A DNA stretch of 62,977 nucleotides, filler included, from Thraustochytrium aureum (taxonomy: Eukaryota): NCBI GenBank assembly GCA_012862495.1. It is 7 parts of 4 records of this genome, joined end to end, with 100 filler letters (N's around TTAATTAATTAA, not from the genome) between each part and the next. Parts side by side here need not be neighbours in the genome. Positions count along the whole stretch, not along the records: positions 11,503 to 40,326 come from BLSG01000446.1; 6 more parts are not named here. One strand, written 5' to 3'. Position numbers and translations under genes: made by a program. Of this stretch, positions 12,141-22,484 are shown piece by piece (the stretch's first letter is position 1; each line of letters begins with the position of its first letter). The notes under the pieces are model-generated. The model saw nothing but the letters and a program-made list of their open reading frames with translations. It was not told the origin of the DNA and searched no databases.

Positions 12141-12176
12141 CACCTACAGTAAGTACTTCACCTACAGTAAGTACTT
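12141..12176 (+). repeat. Exact 18-bp tandem duplication (CACCTACAGTAAGTACTT x2)
   Basis: Read directly from the sequence; lies in a TA/GTAC-rich patch upstream of the LRR gene. Confidence 0.85.
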
Positions 12177-13256
12177 CGTAGTAAGCACTACTACTAAGAC
12201 GTAGCTACCGGAACTAGTAGTAGTAGATACTGCGGCCAATTGCTAGTAGAGCTACGTTCTCGTACATTGGCATGCAACGCCCTCGCGCGCGTTGATTGGC
12301 ATCGGCTGGCCTGAGCAATTCGTCTGTTGCCCTTGCAGGCTGGCCTGTGCGCAGGTTGGCGCGGTACCTCATCCCAGTCTGCAATTCGTCCGCCATTCTG
12401 ATCCTGCGCGCATGCCGCACTCAGACAGTCCGCTGATCGAAGCGCGTCGCTGTGATGAACTTCAACCTCAAGTTTACTCCCTTGCACTTTCCCACGAGGT
12501 GCTTTCTGAACAGGGTCTTGCGTCCGTGCCGGAGCTTGTCTCGAAAGGCGCTGGTGCTCTGCGACCTCTTCAACCCCAGAGCGCGCAGCGTAGGCCGACA
12601 AATGAGCTGGGACCTGGGCGCGCAAGCTTTGGCATCTGCTCGTGCTGCGGACGGCGCCTTGGCCACCTCGGTTGGTCCACCATCATCTGCCTGAAGCTTC
12701 TTCTCGTCGAGGTCGATCACACATGCAGGTCGCGTCCCTCCCGGAGTCACCGTCCCCCCTCTCCGTCACTCACACCCCGTCTATCCGCACCCTCCCCTCG
12801 TCACCGCCACCCCTTCGTCACGCGCCGGCGCGCGCTCCACCACAGGCTCCGCCCCTCAATACCATCGCAAGCCGCTCAAATAAGGTTACCGCTCAATAAT
12901 AGCGGGTCAGCACATAGCGTGGCTTTCGTTCGATGGAGTGGCGAGNNNNNNNNNNNNNNNNNNNNNNNNNNNNNNNNNNNNNNNNNNNNNNNNNNNNNNN
13001 NNNNNNNNNNNNNNNNNNNNNATGGAGGGAGGGAGTGACTGCACGTGCGCCTGGTGCTAGGGAGTGGCGCGGCGGCGGCTGGCGAGCCGCGGCTGGCTGG
13101 CTGGCTGGCTCGGCTGCGGTGCGTGCGTGCGTGCGTGCGTGTGCGGAGGGCCCGGCGCGCTGGCGGTGATTGGGAGAAGAAGAGGCTTGCCCAGGCCTGG
13201 ACGACGCCGTGGTCTGGCCTGCGCTGTTATTGATTGGAGGCCGGCGGTTTCGGCAA

Positions 13257-15158
13257 ATGAACGGGCGCGGCGTCCGCACGAGAGGCGCCTCTGCGCGAGA
13301 GACCGCCCAGGTTGAGGTCGCGTTACCCTCCAAACGCACGGGCACGACAACGCGCGCGCGAGCCCCTCGAGACGCCTCGAGCAAAGAGGCCCAGCGCTCT
13401 GGGCTTGCGCAGCAGGACTGCGCAGCAGCTAGGGTTCGCGAGCTGCACAGGGCCGCAAGCCCTACGAGCTCTGCCACGTCCGTCAAGCACGAAGAGTGCT
13501 GCGCCGAGCCCGAGCCGCACCACTCGCCAGCGAGGCCGGAAAATGAGCCACCGAGCAGCCCCGGCTGCAAAAGCGCGGTTTCCAGACCTAGCGCAAGCTC
13601 CGCCAGAGGCCCACGGAGCAGAGCCGCCCGCCAGGCCTCGAACGAAGAGCGGAACCGGAAGCAGCTCTGCATCTGCGAGTGGGCAAAGCAAAAGGGCATC
13701 CTGGCGTGGAGGGCGAACGGCGGAGTATGCAAGCAAATGGAGGCCGCGAGTGACAACGCAGACATGGTAGGCGTGCTCTTCGCGCTCCCGCGCAAGGCCA
13801 AAGAGTCGGAGAGGATCAACCGCCGCGAGCGCTGGCTCGCTCACCTCAACATCACGCCCGAAGAGGCTGCCAAGAAGGAGCACCACTACGTTCGCTGGAC
13901 GCACTTTTCTCCTAGCTGCTACAGCGTCTCCGAGGTCGAAAAGCGGCGCCGGGCGCGCGCCGCGGAGAAGCGGCGACTGCAGGGCCGCCAAGGGGCTGGG
14001 CGGCCACGTCGCCGGCTCAACGACTTCGTGGAACGGACGCCTTTTGACGACCCGGCAGACCAGTGCCTCTCGCGAACGGGCTGGGCCGCTGCTATTCCCG
14101 TGCCGAGCATCTCGGCGCAGATGATGCTGGCCGCCCTCGAAGAGATTTACGCGAGCGGCAGGGTGTCTCGTCCGGNNNNNNNNNNNNNNNNNNNNNNNNN
14201 NNNNNNNNNNNNNNNNNNNNNNNNNNNNNNNNNNNNNNNNNNNNNNNNNNNNNNNNNNNNNNNNNNNNNNNNNNNNNNNNNNNNNNNNNNNNNNNNNNNN
14301 NNNNNNNNNNNNNNNNNNNNNNNNNNNNNNNNNNNNNNNNNNNNNNNNNNNNNNNNNNNNNNNNNNNNNNNNNNNNNNNNNNNNNNNNNNNNNNNNNNNN
14401 NNNNNNNNNNNNNNNNNNNNNNNNNNNNNNNNNNNNNNNNNNNNNNNNNNNNNNNNNNNNNNNNNNNNNNNNNNNNNNNNNNNNNNNNNNNNNNNNNNNN
14501 NNNNNNNNNNNNNNNNNNNNNNNNNNNNNNNNNNNNNNNNNNNNNNNNNNNNNNNNNNNNNNNNNNNNNNNNNNNNNNNNNNNNNNNNNNNNNNNNNNNN
14601 NNNNNNNNNNNNNNNNNNNNNNNNNNNNNNNNNNNNNNNNNNNNNNNNNNNNNNNNNNNNNNNNNNNNNNNNNNNNNNNNNNNNNNNNNNNNNNNNNNNN
14701 NNNNNNNNNNNNNNNNNNNNNNNNNNNNNNNNNNNNNNNNNNNNNNNNNNNNNNNNNNNNNNNNNNNNNNNNNNNNNNNNNNNNNNNNNNNNNNNNNNNN
14801 NNNNNNNNNNNNNNNNNNNNNNNNNNNNNNNNNNNNNNNNNNNNNNNNNNNNNNNNNNNNNNNNNNNNNNNNNNNNNNNNNNNNNNNNNNNNNNNNNNNN
14901 NNNNNNNNNNNNNNNNNNNNNNNNGTTGACCAAATGCTCGCCTTGCCAGAGCTGGCGGCCAAGTTGGCGGGAGCCGGCGAAAGAGCGGCGCTCTCGCGGC
15001 TCGGGGAGGCGGACGGGACCCTCGACCGCTCACGGAAACTGTCTCTAGCTAGTGAGAGATTTGAAATCTCTCGTAGCAAGCGCCGACTGGGCCGATCGGC
15101 GGCTCGGCCAGCGCATGGGGCGCGCGGCCTGCCTGCCCTTCCTGGATTTAACGACTAG
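13257..15158 (+). CDS. Hypothetical protein with divergent THAP-like motif (large N gap 14176-14923)
   Basis: CICEW..C..LFALPRK..RRERWLAHL..YVRWTHFSPSCY..AIPVPSI resembles the THAP consensus (FxFP, RxxW, CxxHF, AVPTIF). Start and end are uncertain. Confidence 0.45.
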   Translation: MNGRGVRTRGASARETAQVEVALPSKRTGTTTRARAPRDASSKEAQRSGLAQQDCAAARVRELHRAASPTSSATSVKHEECCAEPEPHHSPARPENEPPSSPGCKSAVSRPSASSARGPRSRAARQASNEERNRKQLCICEWAKQKGILAWRANGGVCKQMEAASDNADMVGVLFALPRKAKESERINRRERWLAHLNITPEEAAKKEHHYVRWTHFSPSCYSVSEVEKRRRARAAEKRRLQGRQGAGRPRRRLNDFVERTPFDDPADQCLSRTGWAAAIPVPSISAQMMLAALEEIYASGRVSRPXXXXXXXXXXXXXXXXXXXXXXXXXXXXXXXXXXXXXXXXXXXXXXXXXXXXXXXXXXXXXXXXXXXXXXXXXXXXXXXXXXXXXXXXXXXXXXXXXXXXXXXXXXXXXXXXXXXXXXXXXXXXXXXXXXXXXXXXXXXXXXXXXXXXXXXXXXXXXXXXXXXXXXXXXXXXXXXXXXXXXXXXXXXXXXXXXXXXXXXXXXXXXXXXXXXXXXXXXXXXXXXXXXXXXXXXXXXXXXXXXXXXXXXXXXVDQMLALPELAAKLAGAGERAALSRLGEADGTLDRSRKLSLASERFEISRSKRRLGRSAARPAHGARGLPALPGFND

Positions 15159-16894
15159 AGAAGAATCGACTCGAGCGTGCTCTGCGGCACGCCCCGAGAG
15201 GCCGGGCGTTCAAGCTCACCCGCCGCCCCCCCGGCCGCCGTGTCCGCGCCACCTGCAACTTTCGGGCGTTTCACGGGGCGAAAGTTTCTGGCTCTGGTGC
15301 GCGAGGGCCCGGGCTCGCGCCGCCCACCATCGCGCTGTGCTTCTCCGCCCGAAGACACGGATCGAGCTTTCTCGCGGCGCTTTTCGCGCCTGGGCCCCTG
15401 GGCTGATCCGCTGCGATCGGCTGGCTCGTGGCTGCGTCGTCCTCCCAGGGACAGGTGCTTGTCCAAAATGTGCGAGATGAGGTGCGACATGTTGTTGAAG
15501 ACCTTCCGTTTCTTCTGCACGGCTAGGCCAGCCCCACACTTGTTCTCGCAAACCGGGCAAGTCAGTTCGTCAGGGTCGAGCCCGAGATTCCCCCCTTCCA
15601 AGTGGGCCGTTCTGATGTGATTGCGGATTGTGCTCACAGAGAAGGTCTGCTGCTTGCCCGAGGGCGGGCAGATCGGGCAGGACAACCCCGACGACGAACT
15701 CTCGGGCGCTCCCTGGGCATGGCGCGGGCTCTTCGTGTGAGCGACCTTTGGACCAATGACCAAGCCGCGCGAAGTGACGACCGACTTGCTCGCCTCAGCG
15801 GCGTCAACGAGCTCCACCAAGCTGCTAAACACGCGCGACTGGGCTGCGCTTCCCGGCGAAGCTGCGGGCTCGTCTACTGAGCGCCCGGCGTGAACGGCAG
15901 CGACGTGGGACCTTAGGGCCTTTTCAGATCGAAATCTCTTGCTCGACGATTGCGCGCATTGCGGACACCGCAACGCGACCCGCGCAGGCCCTTTCGCCTC
16001 GGCGCTGCCAGGCGCTTGTCCGCCGCCGCCGCCGCCGCCGCGCTTCTCGGCCTTCTCTACCGCTCGCTTGTGCCTCTGGCCGTCAAGGTGGATCACGAGC
16101 TCCCGCTGAGTGAGAAACACGCTCTTGCAAAGCTCACAGCCCAGCTGGACAAGCGGAGCGTGTTCCGGCGCGTGAACGTACCCGTCCGGGTCGTCGCTCG
16201 TGGCGAAGACGGCGTCGAGCAGCTCCAAGCCCACCAACGCATCATTAGCGGCGTACGATACCATACCGGCGCTCAGTCGCTGCAGTTCCCAGTTTGCCAT
16301 CTGCTCCTTCTTCGACAAGCGCTTGCCGAGAACGGCAGCCGTGGCTGGCCGCAGGCCCAGCTTGTTGAGCGCCGGAAACTTGACGCTCAGCAGCGTTTCG
16401 AGGTTGAGGAAGCTGCGCTTGTCGTCAAACCCTGGGACCCGCGTCTGCAGCGCCTTGACGTCGCTGAGGCACCCCACACCGACCTTGAGCACTGCTGTAT
16501 CACTCAGAAGGTTGATTAGGGGCTCGGGGACTGCCCGCATCATGGCGATTCGAAACAGGAACACGCGCCGCCGCGAAGCGAGCTGCACGAGCGCGACCCC
16601 GTTTTGCGGCTGTCCTGCGCGAAACTGCGGCCGCGTCTCAGTGTCAAACCCCAGCGCCTGAAACCGCTTGCCGGCGCGGTCGACAAAGTCGCCGTGCCCA
16701 GCCTTGAGATCTGCGCGCAGCTCCATGACTGCGGCGGCAACCGCGTCCGGCTCATCCACGACAATTACGTCGTGCGCGAGCTCAAGGTGCGCTGCAAAGG
16801 TGGGCAGCGCGGCCACCTCTTTTGGGCCCACCTGGGCGACGTCGGCGCGCACCGGGCCCACGTCAAACCTCCCGGCGTGCGTGTCGATCCGCAT
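15155..16894 (-). CDS. DEDDy 3'-5' exonuclease (WRN-exo/EXD2-like) with C-terminal C2H2 zinc fingers
   Basis: ExoI LGFDTETRP, VALVQLAS, LKVGVGCLSDV, LSKKEQMANWE, ExoIII YAANDA. Fingers CELC..H..H, CPQC..HVAAVH, CPIC..HIRTAH, CPVC..HILDKH. First ATG is at 16894. Confidence 0.88.
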   Translation of the reverse strand: MRIDTHAGRFDVGPVRADVAQVGPKEVAALPTFAAHLELAHDVIVVDEPDAVAAAVMELRADLKAGHGDFVDRAGKRFQALGFDTETRPQFRAGQPQNGVALVQLASRRRVFLFRIAMMRAVPEPLINLLSDTAVLKVGVGCLSDVKALQTRVPGFDDKRSFLNLETLLSVKFPALNKLGLRPATAAVLGKRLSKKEQMANWELQRLSAGMVSYAANDALVGLELLDAVFATSDDPDGYVHAPEHAPLVQLGCELCKSVFLTQRELVIHLDGQRHKRAVEKAEKRGGGGGGGQAPGSAEAKGPARVALRCPQCAQSSSKRFRSEKALRSHVAAVHAGRSVDEPAASPGSAAQSRVFSSLVELVDAAEASKSVVTSRGLVIGPKVAHTKSPRHAQGAPESSSSGLSCPICPPSGKQQTFSVSTIRNHIRTAHLEGGNLGLDPDELTCPVCENKCGAGLAVQKKRKVFNNMSHLISHILDKHLSLGGRRSHEPADRSGSAQGPRREKRREKARSVSSGGEAQRDGGRREPGPSRTRARNFRPVKRPKVAGGADTAAGGAAGELERPASRGVPQSTLESILL

Positions 16895-17382
16895 CTTATC
16901 GTCCGCCTCGATCGCTGCTGCGCCCGGCGCAGACCGCCCGCTCGTCCGCCGCGGCAGCAGCGCGGCTCTGGCAGCGCGCAGAGGCTCAGCTTTCCGTCGT
17001 GGCCTGGCTGCCAACTGGCTCGCGAGCGCCGCGCCCGTCGCGGCGTGTGCCGGCGCCAGCGGTCGGTGCCAGCCAGCAAAGCGCCTGGCGGTGGTCTACG
17101 TGCGATGCGGGACGCGCTCTGCGCGGCGGCGCCCTTCGCAGCGTGCCGAGCGAGTTTGGCGTGCCGCGATGGCACCACCAGCATCGAAGTACCTCGAGAG
17201 TGCAGTCTGCAGATGCCACTGGCCGCCCGACTCGCAGCGCCANNNNNNNNNNNNNNNNNNNNNNNNNNNNNNNNNNNNNNNNNNNNNNNNNNNNNNNNNN
17301 NNNNNNNNNNNNNNNNNNNNNNNNNNNNNNNNNNNNNNNNNNNNNNNNNNNNNNNNNNNNNNNNNNNNNNNNNNNNNNNNNN

Positions 17383-18189
17383 CGTGCTGGAGGAGGGAGC
17401 GGCCGCGGCGGGTGCTCGAGCTGGTACGCGCCGGCCCAGTCCCGGACCCGCTTCGAGGGCTCGTATGGTGGGGCCTTGGTCGCGCCGGCTCGCTTCAAGC
17501 GAAGAGCAGCGGCCTGTACGGCAAGTTGCTGGGCATGCGCGCCGTGCCGCAAGAAGAGGCGATCGCCCGAGATATCAAGCGCACGTTTGCCAAGCATCGC
17601 TTCTTTGAGGACTCTACGGGCCTCGGCCAGCTCGAGCTGTTTTCAGGTCCTCCGCGCCTACGCGGCCTATGACCTCGAGGTAGGCTACTGCCAGGGCATG
17701 GGCTTTCTTGTCGCGCTCTTCCTGTGCTACATGCCGGCGGAGAGTGCGTTTTGGCTACTCGTTGCCGTCACGCAGCGCAGCGAGTTTGAAATGCGCCAGC
17801 TGTACAGACCAGGCATGCCAAAGTTCCGCGGCGCCATGCAGCGTCTGAACAAGCTCGTGGAGACCCACGCGCCGGCCCTAGCGCGCCACTTTGCCAAGCT
17901 GGGCTTGGAGCCCGGCATGTTTGCTTCGCAGTGGTTCATGACACTCTTCGCGTACAACTTTCCGCTTGGGTTTGTGGCGCGCGTGTGGGACCTCTTTTTC
18001 GCGCAAGGGTGGGAGCCAATATACCGCGTCGCGCTGGCGCTCCTTGTCGAGGCGCAGCCGTTTCTCCTTGAACGTCCTTTCGAGGAGGTCATGGTGTACC
18101 TCCGCGACCTGCCACTGTCGGTCGATACCGACCACGTCATAGCTCGCGCCATGGGTTTGGACGCCACCGCCTTCCCTACAACACTTTGA
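17383..18189 (+). CDS. TBC-domain Rab GTPase-activating protein (5' end in or before gap; frameshift ~17641)
   Basis: IARDIKRTF (Arg finger), VLRAYAAYDLEVGYCQGMGF (Gln finger), FASQWFMTLF, RVWDLFF. Confidence 0.9.
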   Translation, partial: RAGGGSGRGGCSSWYAPAQSRTRFEGSYGGALVAPARFKRRAAACTASCWACAPCRKKRRSPEISSARLPSIASLRTLRASASSSCFQVLRAYAAYDLEVGYCQGMGFLVALFLCYMPAESAFWLLVAVTQRSEFEMRQLYRPGMPKFRGAMQRLNKLVETHAPALARHFAKLGLEPGMFASQWFMTLFAYNFPLGFVARVWDLFFAQGWEPIYRVALALLVEAQPFLLERPFEEVMVYLRDLPLSVDTDHVIARAMGLDATAFPTTL

Positions 18190-18362
18190 GGTTGAGGGCC
18201 CTGCGCAGAGTGAGCGACGGACGACCTGCCAGCACAGAGCATCCATCATCGTTTCTGCACAGCCAGCGGGCAGCGTTTTGCTTCTCGCTTCAAGCAAGCC
18301 TTTCTTGCGAGAGCTCGCAACCCGAGCCGGCGAGCCCCGCTTTCCCATCGCAACAGCGGCGG

Positions 18363-19790
18363 TCAGCAAGCAGCGGGCGAGGCCTGCCGCGTGTGGCGCA
18401 CCAGGCGGTCCATGAACGAGGCGTCAATTTTGAGCAGGAAAGGGAACACGACGCCGAGGAGTCGTTGGGCGTCAACAGGGGGAAAGTCGCGCCCCCGAAG
18501 GCACTGGTTGACGTTAACGGCGCCGTGCTTGTAGCCCATAATCTCGTCACGCATCAGCACGAGCTGCGAAGCATACACGATGACGTTCAAGTGCACGCCA
18601 GCGGCAAAGTAGACGTCCCAAAGCCGGACGATAGCGTCGATCGGCGGGCAGCACGCGCTGAGCGTCATCACCGGCGCAAACGCATAGATGCGGGCGTGCG
18701 CGTTGAGGTCCTGTGCCATGTAGCGCGCCAGCTCCGGGTCCAGGACCTGGATGCACTCCTCCACGAGTTGGCACCCGGCCGTGACGCCTTCGAGGTTTTT
18801 CCCCATGTAAGCCGGGACGTGGTCTCGCACAAGAGAAAGAAAGCAGTTGAAGGCATCGAGCTCTGGCATCACAAACAGGAGCATGCCGCACACCACATTC
18901 ATGCCTTGCACGTACGTAAAGTTGTTGCTGGCGCACGCGTGCACGAACGCGTTCAGGACGCGAACCAAGCGCGCCTCCGGGACGCGGTCCTGAAAAGCCT
19001 CGCAGTTCTTAAACGTCCGGAACGTGTCGTTTCTGATCTTGGGGCCCCATCGCTCGTGCTCGCCGNNNNNNNNNNNNNNNNNNNNNNNNNNNNNNNNNNN
19101 NNNNNNNNNNNNNNNNNNNNNNNNNNNNNNNNNNNNNNNNNNNNNNNNNNNNNNNNNNNNNNNNNNNNNNNNNNNNNNNNNNNNNNNNNNNNNNNNNNNN
19201 NNNNNNNNNNNNNNNNNNNNNNNNNNNNNNNNNNNNNNNNNNNNNNNNNNNNNNNNNNNNNNNNNNNNNNNNNNNNNNNNNNNNNNNNNNNNNNNNNNNN
19301 NNNNNNNNNNNNNNNNNNNNNNNNNNNNNNNNNNNNNNNNNNNNNNNNNNNNNNNNNNNNNNNNNNNNNNNNNNNNNNNNNNNNNNNNNNNNNNNNNNNN
19401 NNNNNNNNNNNNNNNNNNNNNNNNNNNNNNNNNNNNNNNNNNNNNNNNNNNNNNNNNNNNNNNNNNNNNNNNNNNNNNNNNNNNNNNNNNNNNNNNNNNN
19501 NNNNNNNNNNNNNNNNNNNNNNNNNNNNNNNNNNNNNNNNNNNNNNNNNNNNNNNNNNNNNNNNNNNNNNNNNNNNNNNNCAGCTTCTGCCTGTGACGAG
19601 GGCTCCATGCCGGCACAGCCCGTGCAGCCGTCGCTTCTACAGACGCGCGCCGTGCCAAGCCAGGCCGCGCCTCGTTCAGGCGCGCCAGGCGTCGTTGACG
19701 CGAGTGTGGCGGCGCCAGTGTCAAAATGACCGACCGGCCAGCTGGTCCGCGGAGCTGCGCGCGCCGTCCGCCCAGCGCCGCAGTCTCCAA
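18363..19790 (-). CDS. BUB2: Bub2/Cdc16-like TBC GAP (mitotic exit/septation checkpoint)
   Basis: KIRNDTFRTF, RVLNAF, YVQGMNV, MPELDAF, IYAFAPVMTLSAC, RLWDVYFAAGVHLN match Bub2-family motifs. Gap 19066-19580. Confidence 0.8.
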   Translation of the reverse strand: METAALGGRRAQLRGPAGRSVILTLAPPHSRQRRLARLNEARPGLARRASVEATAARAVPAWSPRHRQKLXXXXXXXXXXXXXXXXXXXXXXXXXXXXXXXXXXXXXXXXXXXXXXXXXXXXXXXXXXXXXXXXXXXXXXXXXXXXXXXXXXXXXXXXXXXXXXXXXXXXXXXXXXXXXXXXXXXXXXXXXXXXXXXXXXXXXXXXXXXXXXXXXXXXXXXXXXXXXXXXXXXXXXXXXXXXGEHERWGPKIRNDTFRTFKNCEAFQDRVPEARLVRVLNAFVHACASNNFTYVQGMNVVCGMLLFVMPELDAFNCFLSLVRDHVPAYMGKNLEGVTAGCQLVEECIQVLDPELARYMAQDLNAHARIYAFAPVMTLSACCPPIDAIVRLWDVYFAAGVHLNVIVYASQLVLMRDEIMGYKHGAVNVNQCLRGRDFPPVDAQRLLGVVFPFLLKIDASFMDRLVRHTRQASPAAC

Positions 19791-20250
19791 CTATGTCTTC
19801 TCTGAAGAGCGAGACAGCGCGCGGCAGCGAGAGCGAGACGACCTTTCGGCGAGCCTGAGCGCCGCGGCAGGCCCTGCGCAGGTCGCGCGCGTTTGGAAGG
19901 GCTGTTGCGTTGCGTCAATGGGCCCAATCCAATCCCTGGTGAGATTAGACTCCAAAGCGAGTCCTCGAGTATTGCTTTTTCTTGCTTTCTCCAAGAGCGA
20001 CGACCGCAGGTCAGCCCTTGCTCGGTCGCGCGCTCGCCGGCTCGTTCGCTCTGCGCGATGCTCGTTCGCTCGCCGGGCAGGTTGCTCTGGTGGCGGAACG
20101 GGCAGCCCTCTATTGTATGATAGAGGGATGCATGTCCGGTGGCTACATGGGCTGACTGCGAGGAAGCTGCGCAGGGCAGGCTGGGCGGCGCCTGACGCGG
20201 CTGGCTGCAGGGCAAAGGGCGGACGGATTCTCTCTGAAGAAAGCAAAGCA

Positions 20251-20299
20251 GCTGGCTTGCTCCTCGCTGGCTTGCTCCTCGCTGGCTTGCTCCTCGCTG
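20251..20299 (+). repeat. 15-bp tandem repeat (GCTGGCTTGCTCCTC x3)
   Basis: Three exact copies plus a partial. Confidence 0.9.
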
Positions 20300-21146
20300 T
20301 GGGCGGCTTCGCTTCACAAGGCAGGCGGCGGGAAGGAAGAAGAGGCGACGTTGAGCAAGGGCTAGGAAAATCGCCAGCATGCCGCGCGTCTCTCGCGCAG
20401 AGAAGCAAGGCGAGGCACACAGCCAGGTGGTGTGACACCGCGAAAAGCAAACGCACATAGGCCAAGCTCGCCGGGCAATCGACTCCTACACCGAATGAGT
20501 GAGCAGGCTAAATCGCGAGGAAATAGGCCAAACACAGCCACAGCACCTCGCTGTGCTGCAAATCTAAAACACGCAACGCCCCTCCGTGCCTCTCTGTATG
20601 CGTACATAAACGGAGCCTCTCTCCTCTGTGCAAGAAAGAAGAAGCACGGCGAGACGCCGCGACGCGGAACTGCGCGCCGAGGCCAAGATTCCTTATCGCA
20701 CATCATCGCAGGCAAGTTAACGAGCGCCGCAAGAGGTATCCCGATCAGTGACCCGCTGTGCCGAGCTCTCTCCGCCGGCAAGGGAGCGCTCGCGCTGCGG
20801 TGCTGATGAGCGGCCGAGTCCACAGATATCCGTTACGCTTTCCGTGCCAACGAAGATACATGAGCTGCAGAAGAACATGCAGGCGTGCACTCACATTGCA
20901 GATGAGAGTAGGTTGGTACATCGAGCATCGAAGAGCAGCGCGGCGCAGACCAAGCCGAAACGACACGCCAGGCGCGGGCGTGGCCGACAGGCTCGAAAGA
21001 AGGGGACGAGAACGAGCGCAATAGCAGGCCCAAGGCGAGGTCGAGTCGCGCTTCGCCGCCTCCGCCGCCGCCGTAGCTGCCGCTGTCGCCGCCGCTGCCG
21101 CCTTGGAAGAAGGCGTCTCGGAATTGCGCAGGGCACGGCCACCGCG

Positions 21147-22484
21147 ATGTGGAAGCTCCTGTGCTGCGGCTCGGGATCCCTGCCAGTCGAGCCGAGGGAT
21201 GGCAAGCCAAACGGAGCAGAGCACCACACGGAAGCCGACGATGGAGAAACGATTGCGCCGCTCAACCTCCGTGAGCTGGCCAAGGAAGACCTGTCCGAGC
21301 GCCCGAGCGCCATGAACGCGTCGATGAAAGTTAAGCGATCGAGCCAAGTCTCTACTAGCGCATATGTTAGCATGCAGCGCAAGTCTGCGCAGGCGTTCGC
21401 GGAGCGCATGAGCTGGACGGCCGAAGAGTTTGACGCAGCCGCACAAACAGAACCCGCGGAGAACGCCAAGGCAAGCGCAACAGGAGCGGAAAGCCAGACG
21501 GACGGAGGCGTGCAAGCCAGCTCCGCGACGTCGGCGGCCAACATGGTGGAGACATTCAAGGCCATCATCATTGCCGGCGCAGAGGCGGAGCAGCCATCGT
21601 ACCCCGAGGCCAAAGCAAGCAAGGCCGACATCTTGCAGATCTTCGGGGCGCTGAAGATCAAGCTCGACACGGACGTCTTTGACCAGCTGTTCCAGATGTT
21701 TGACGCGGAAAACCAAGGCGGCGTGGACCTCGCCAACTTTGCGACGTCGTTCTGTTGCCTCTCGTTCCGCAGCCAGGACTGCGACAACTTGGAGCTTGCC
21801 TTCCGCCTCTTCAACTCGAAAAGAGACGGGTACATCAGCAAACGCCAGTTCAACGACCTCGTCGCGGCGGTCATGGGCAGCCGCGTTGAGACGCTCTTGT
21901 CAATCGAGATTGGCAAGAAGGCGCTGACGGCGTTTGTGGAGAGCGAGTTTGCGACGGAGCTTCTGACGTTCTACTTGTTCGTGGGCGAGCTCAGCTCGCG
22001 GCACCCCGATATGATACCTCTCGCTGATGCGCAAGCCCTGTTCACTCGTTTCCTCGCTGTCGGCGCGGACGAGCAGGTCAACGTCTCCGACGACGTCCGC
22101 GAGGCGTGCAACGCTGCCGTAACGGCTGGGTCTGCAGAGGATGGCGTGCCCACCACGTTTCTGGACGTGGCCTTGGCAGAGACTCGCAGAATGATCGAGC
22201 AGGGCGCCCTCATTCGTTTCAAAGCTCGGCTGCGCAAGACCACAGAGTTTTTCGCGGACGAGGTTTGGGAGCTCTCTGGAATGGCCGACGGCGATCTCCT
22301 CTCCCTTGAACAGTACCGGGCCTGGGCGACTCAGAACCAGCCCCTGTTCCGGTTTTTCGACGCCTTGCAGAACTCCATCGAGCGGTGCACCTCCGGCATG
22401 TCGTTCTCCGGGCCTGCGACTTCGGAGGCCGCTGGAAACCCTTCGCCGGGCGACGCTTCCGACGAGAGCCTCGAGCAGCAGTAG
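21147..22484 (+). CDS. Calcineurin-B/NCS-like EF-hand protein with inserted RGS domain
   Basis: MWKLLCCG N-terminus; EF hands LFQMFDAENQGGVDLANF and AFRLFNSKRDGYISKRQF; RGS-like FVESEFATELLTFY, FLAVGADEQVNVS, RMIEQGALIRFK; terminal EF-like DGDLLSLEQYRAW. Confidence 0.8.
   Translation: MWKLLCCGSGSLPVEPRDGKPNGAEHHTEADDGETIAPLNLRELAKEDLSERPSAMNASMKVKRSSQVSTSAYVSMQRKSAQAFAERMSWTAEEFDAAAQTEPAENAKASATGAESQTDGGVQASSATSAANMVETFKAIIIAGAEAEQPSYPEAKASKADILQIFGALKIKLDTDVFDQLFQMFDAENQGGVDLANFATSFCCLSFRSQDCDNLELAFRLFNSKRDGYISKRQFNDLVAAVMGSRVETLLSIEIGKKALTAFVESEFATELLTFYLFVGELSSRHPDMIPLADAQALFTRFLAVGADEQVNVSDDVREACNAAVTAGSAEDGVPTTFLDVALAETRRMIEQGALIRFKARLRKTTEFFADEVWELSGMADGDLLSLEQYRAWATQNQPLFRFFDALQNSIERCTSGMSFSGPATSEAAGNPSPGDASDESLEQQ

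Noticed and set aside
12214..12750. Two in-frame minus-strand ORFs separated by one TGA (readthrough or selenocysteine)
   Set aside because: No recognisable protein family or SECIS evidence; cannot be supported.
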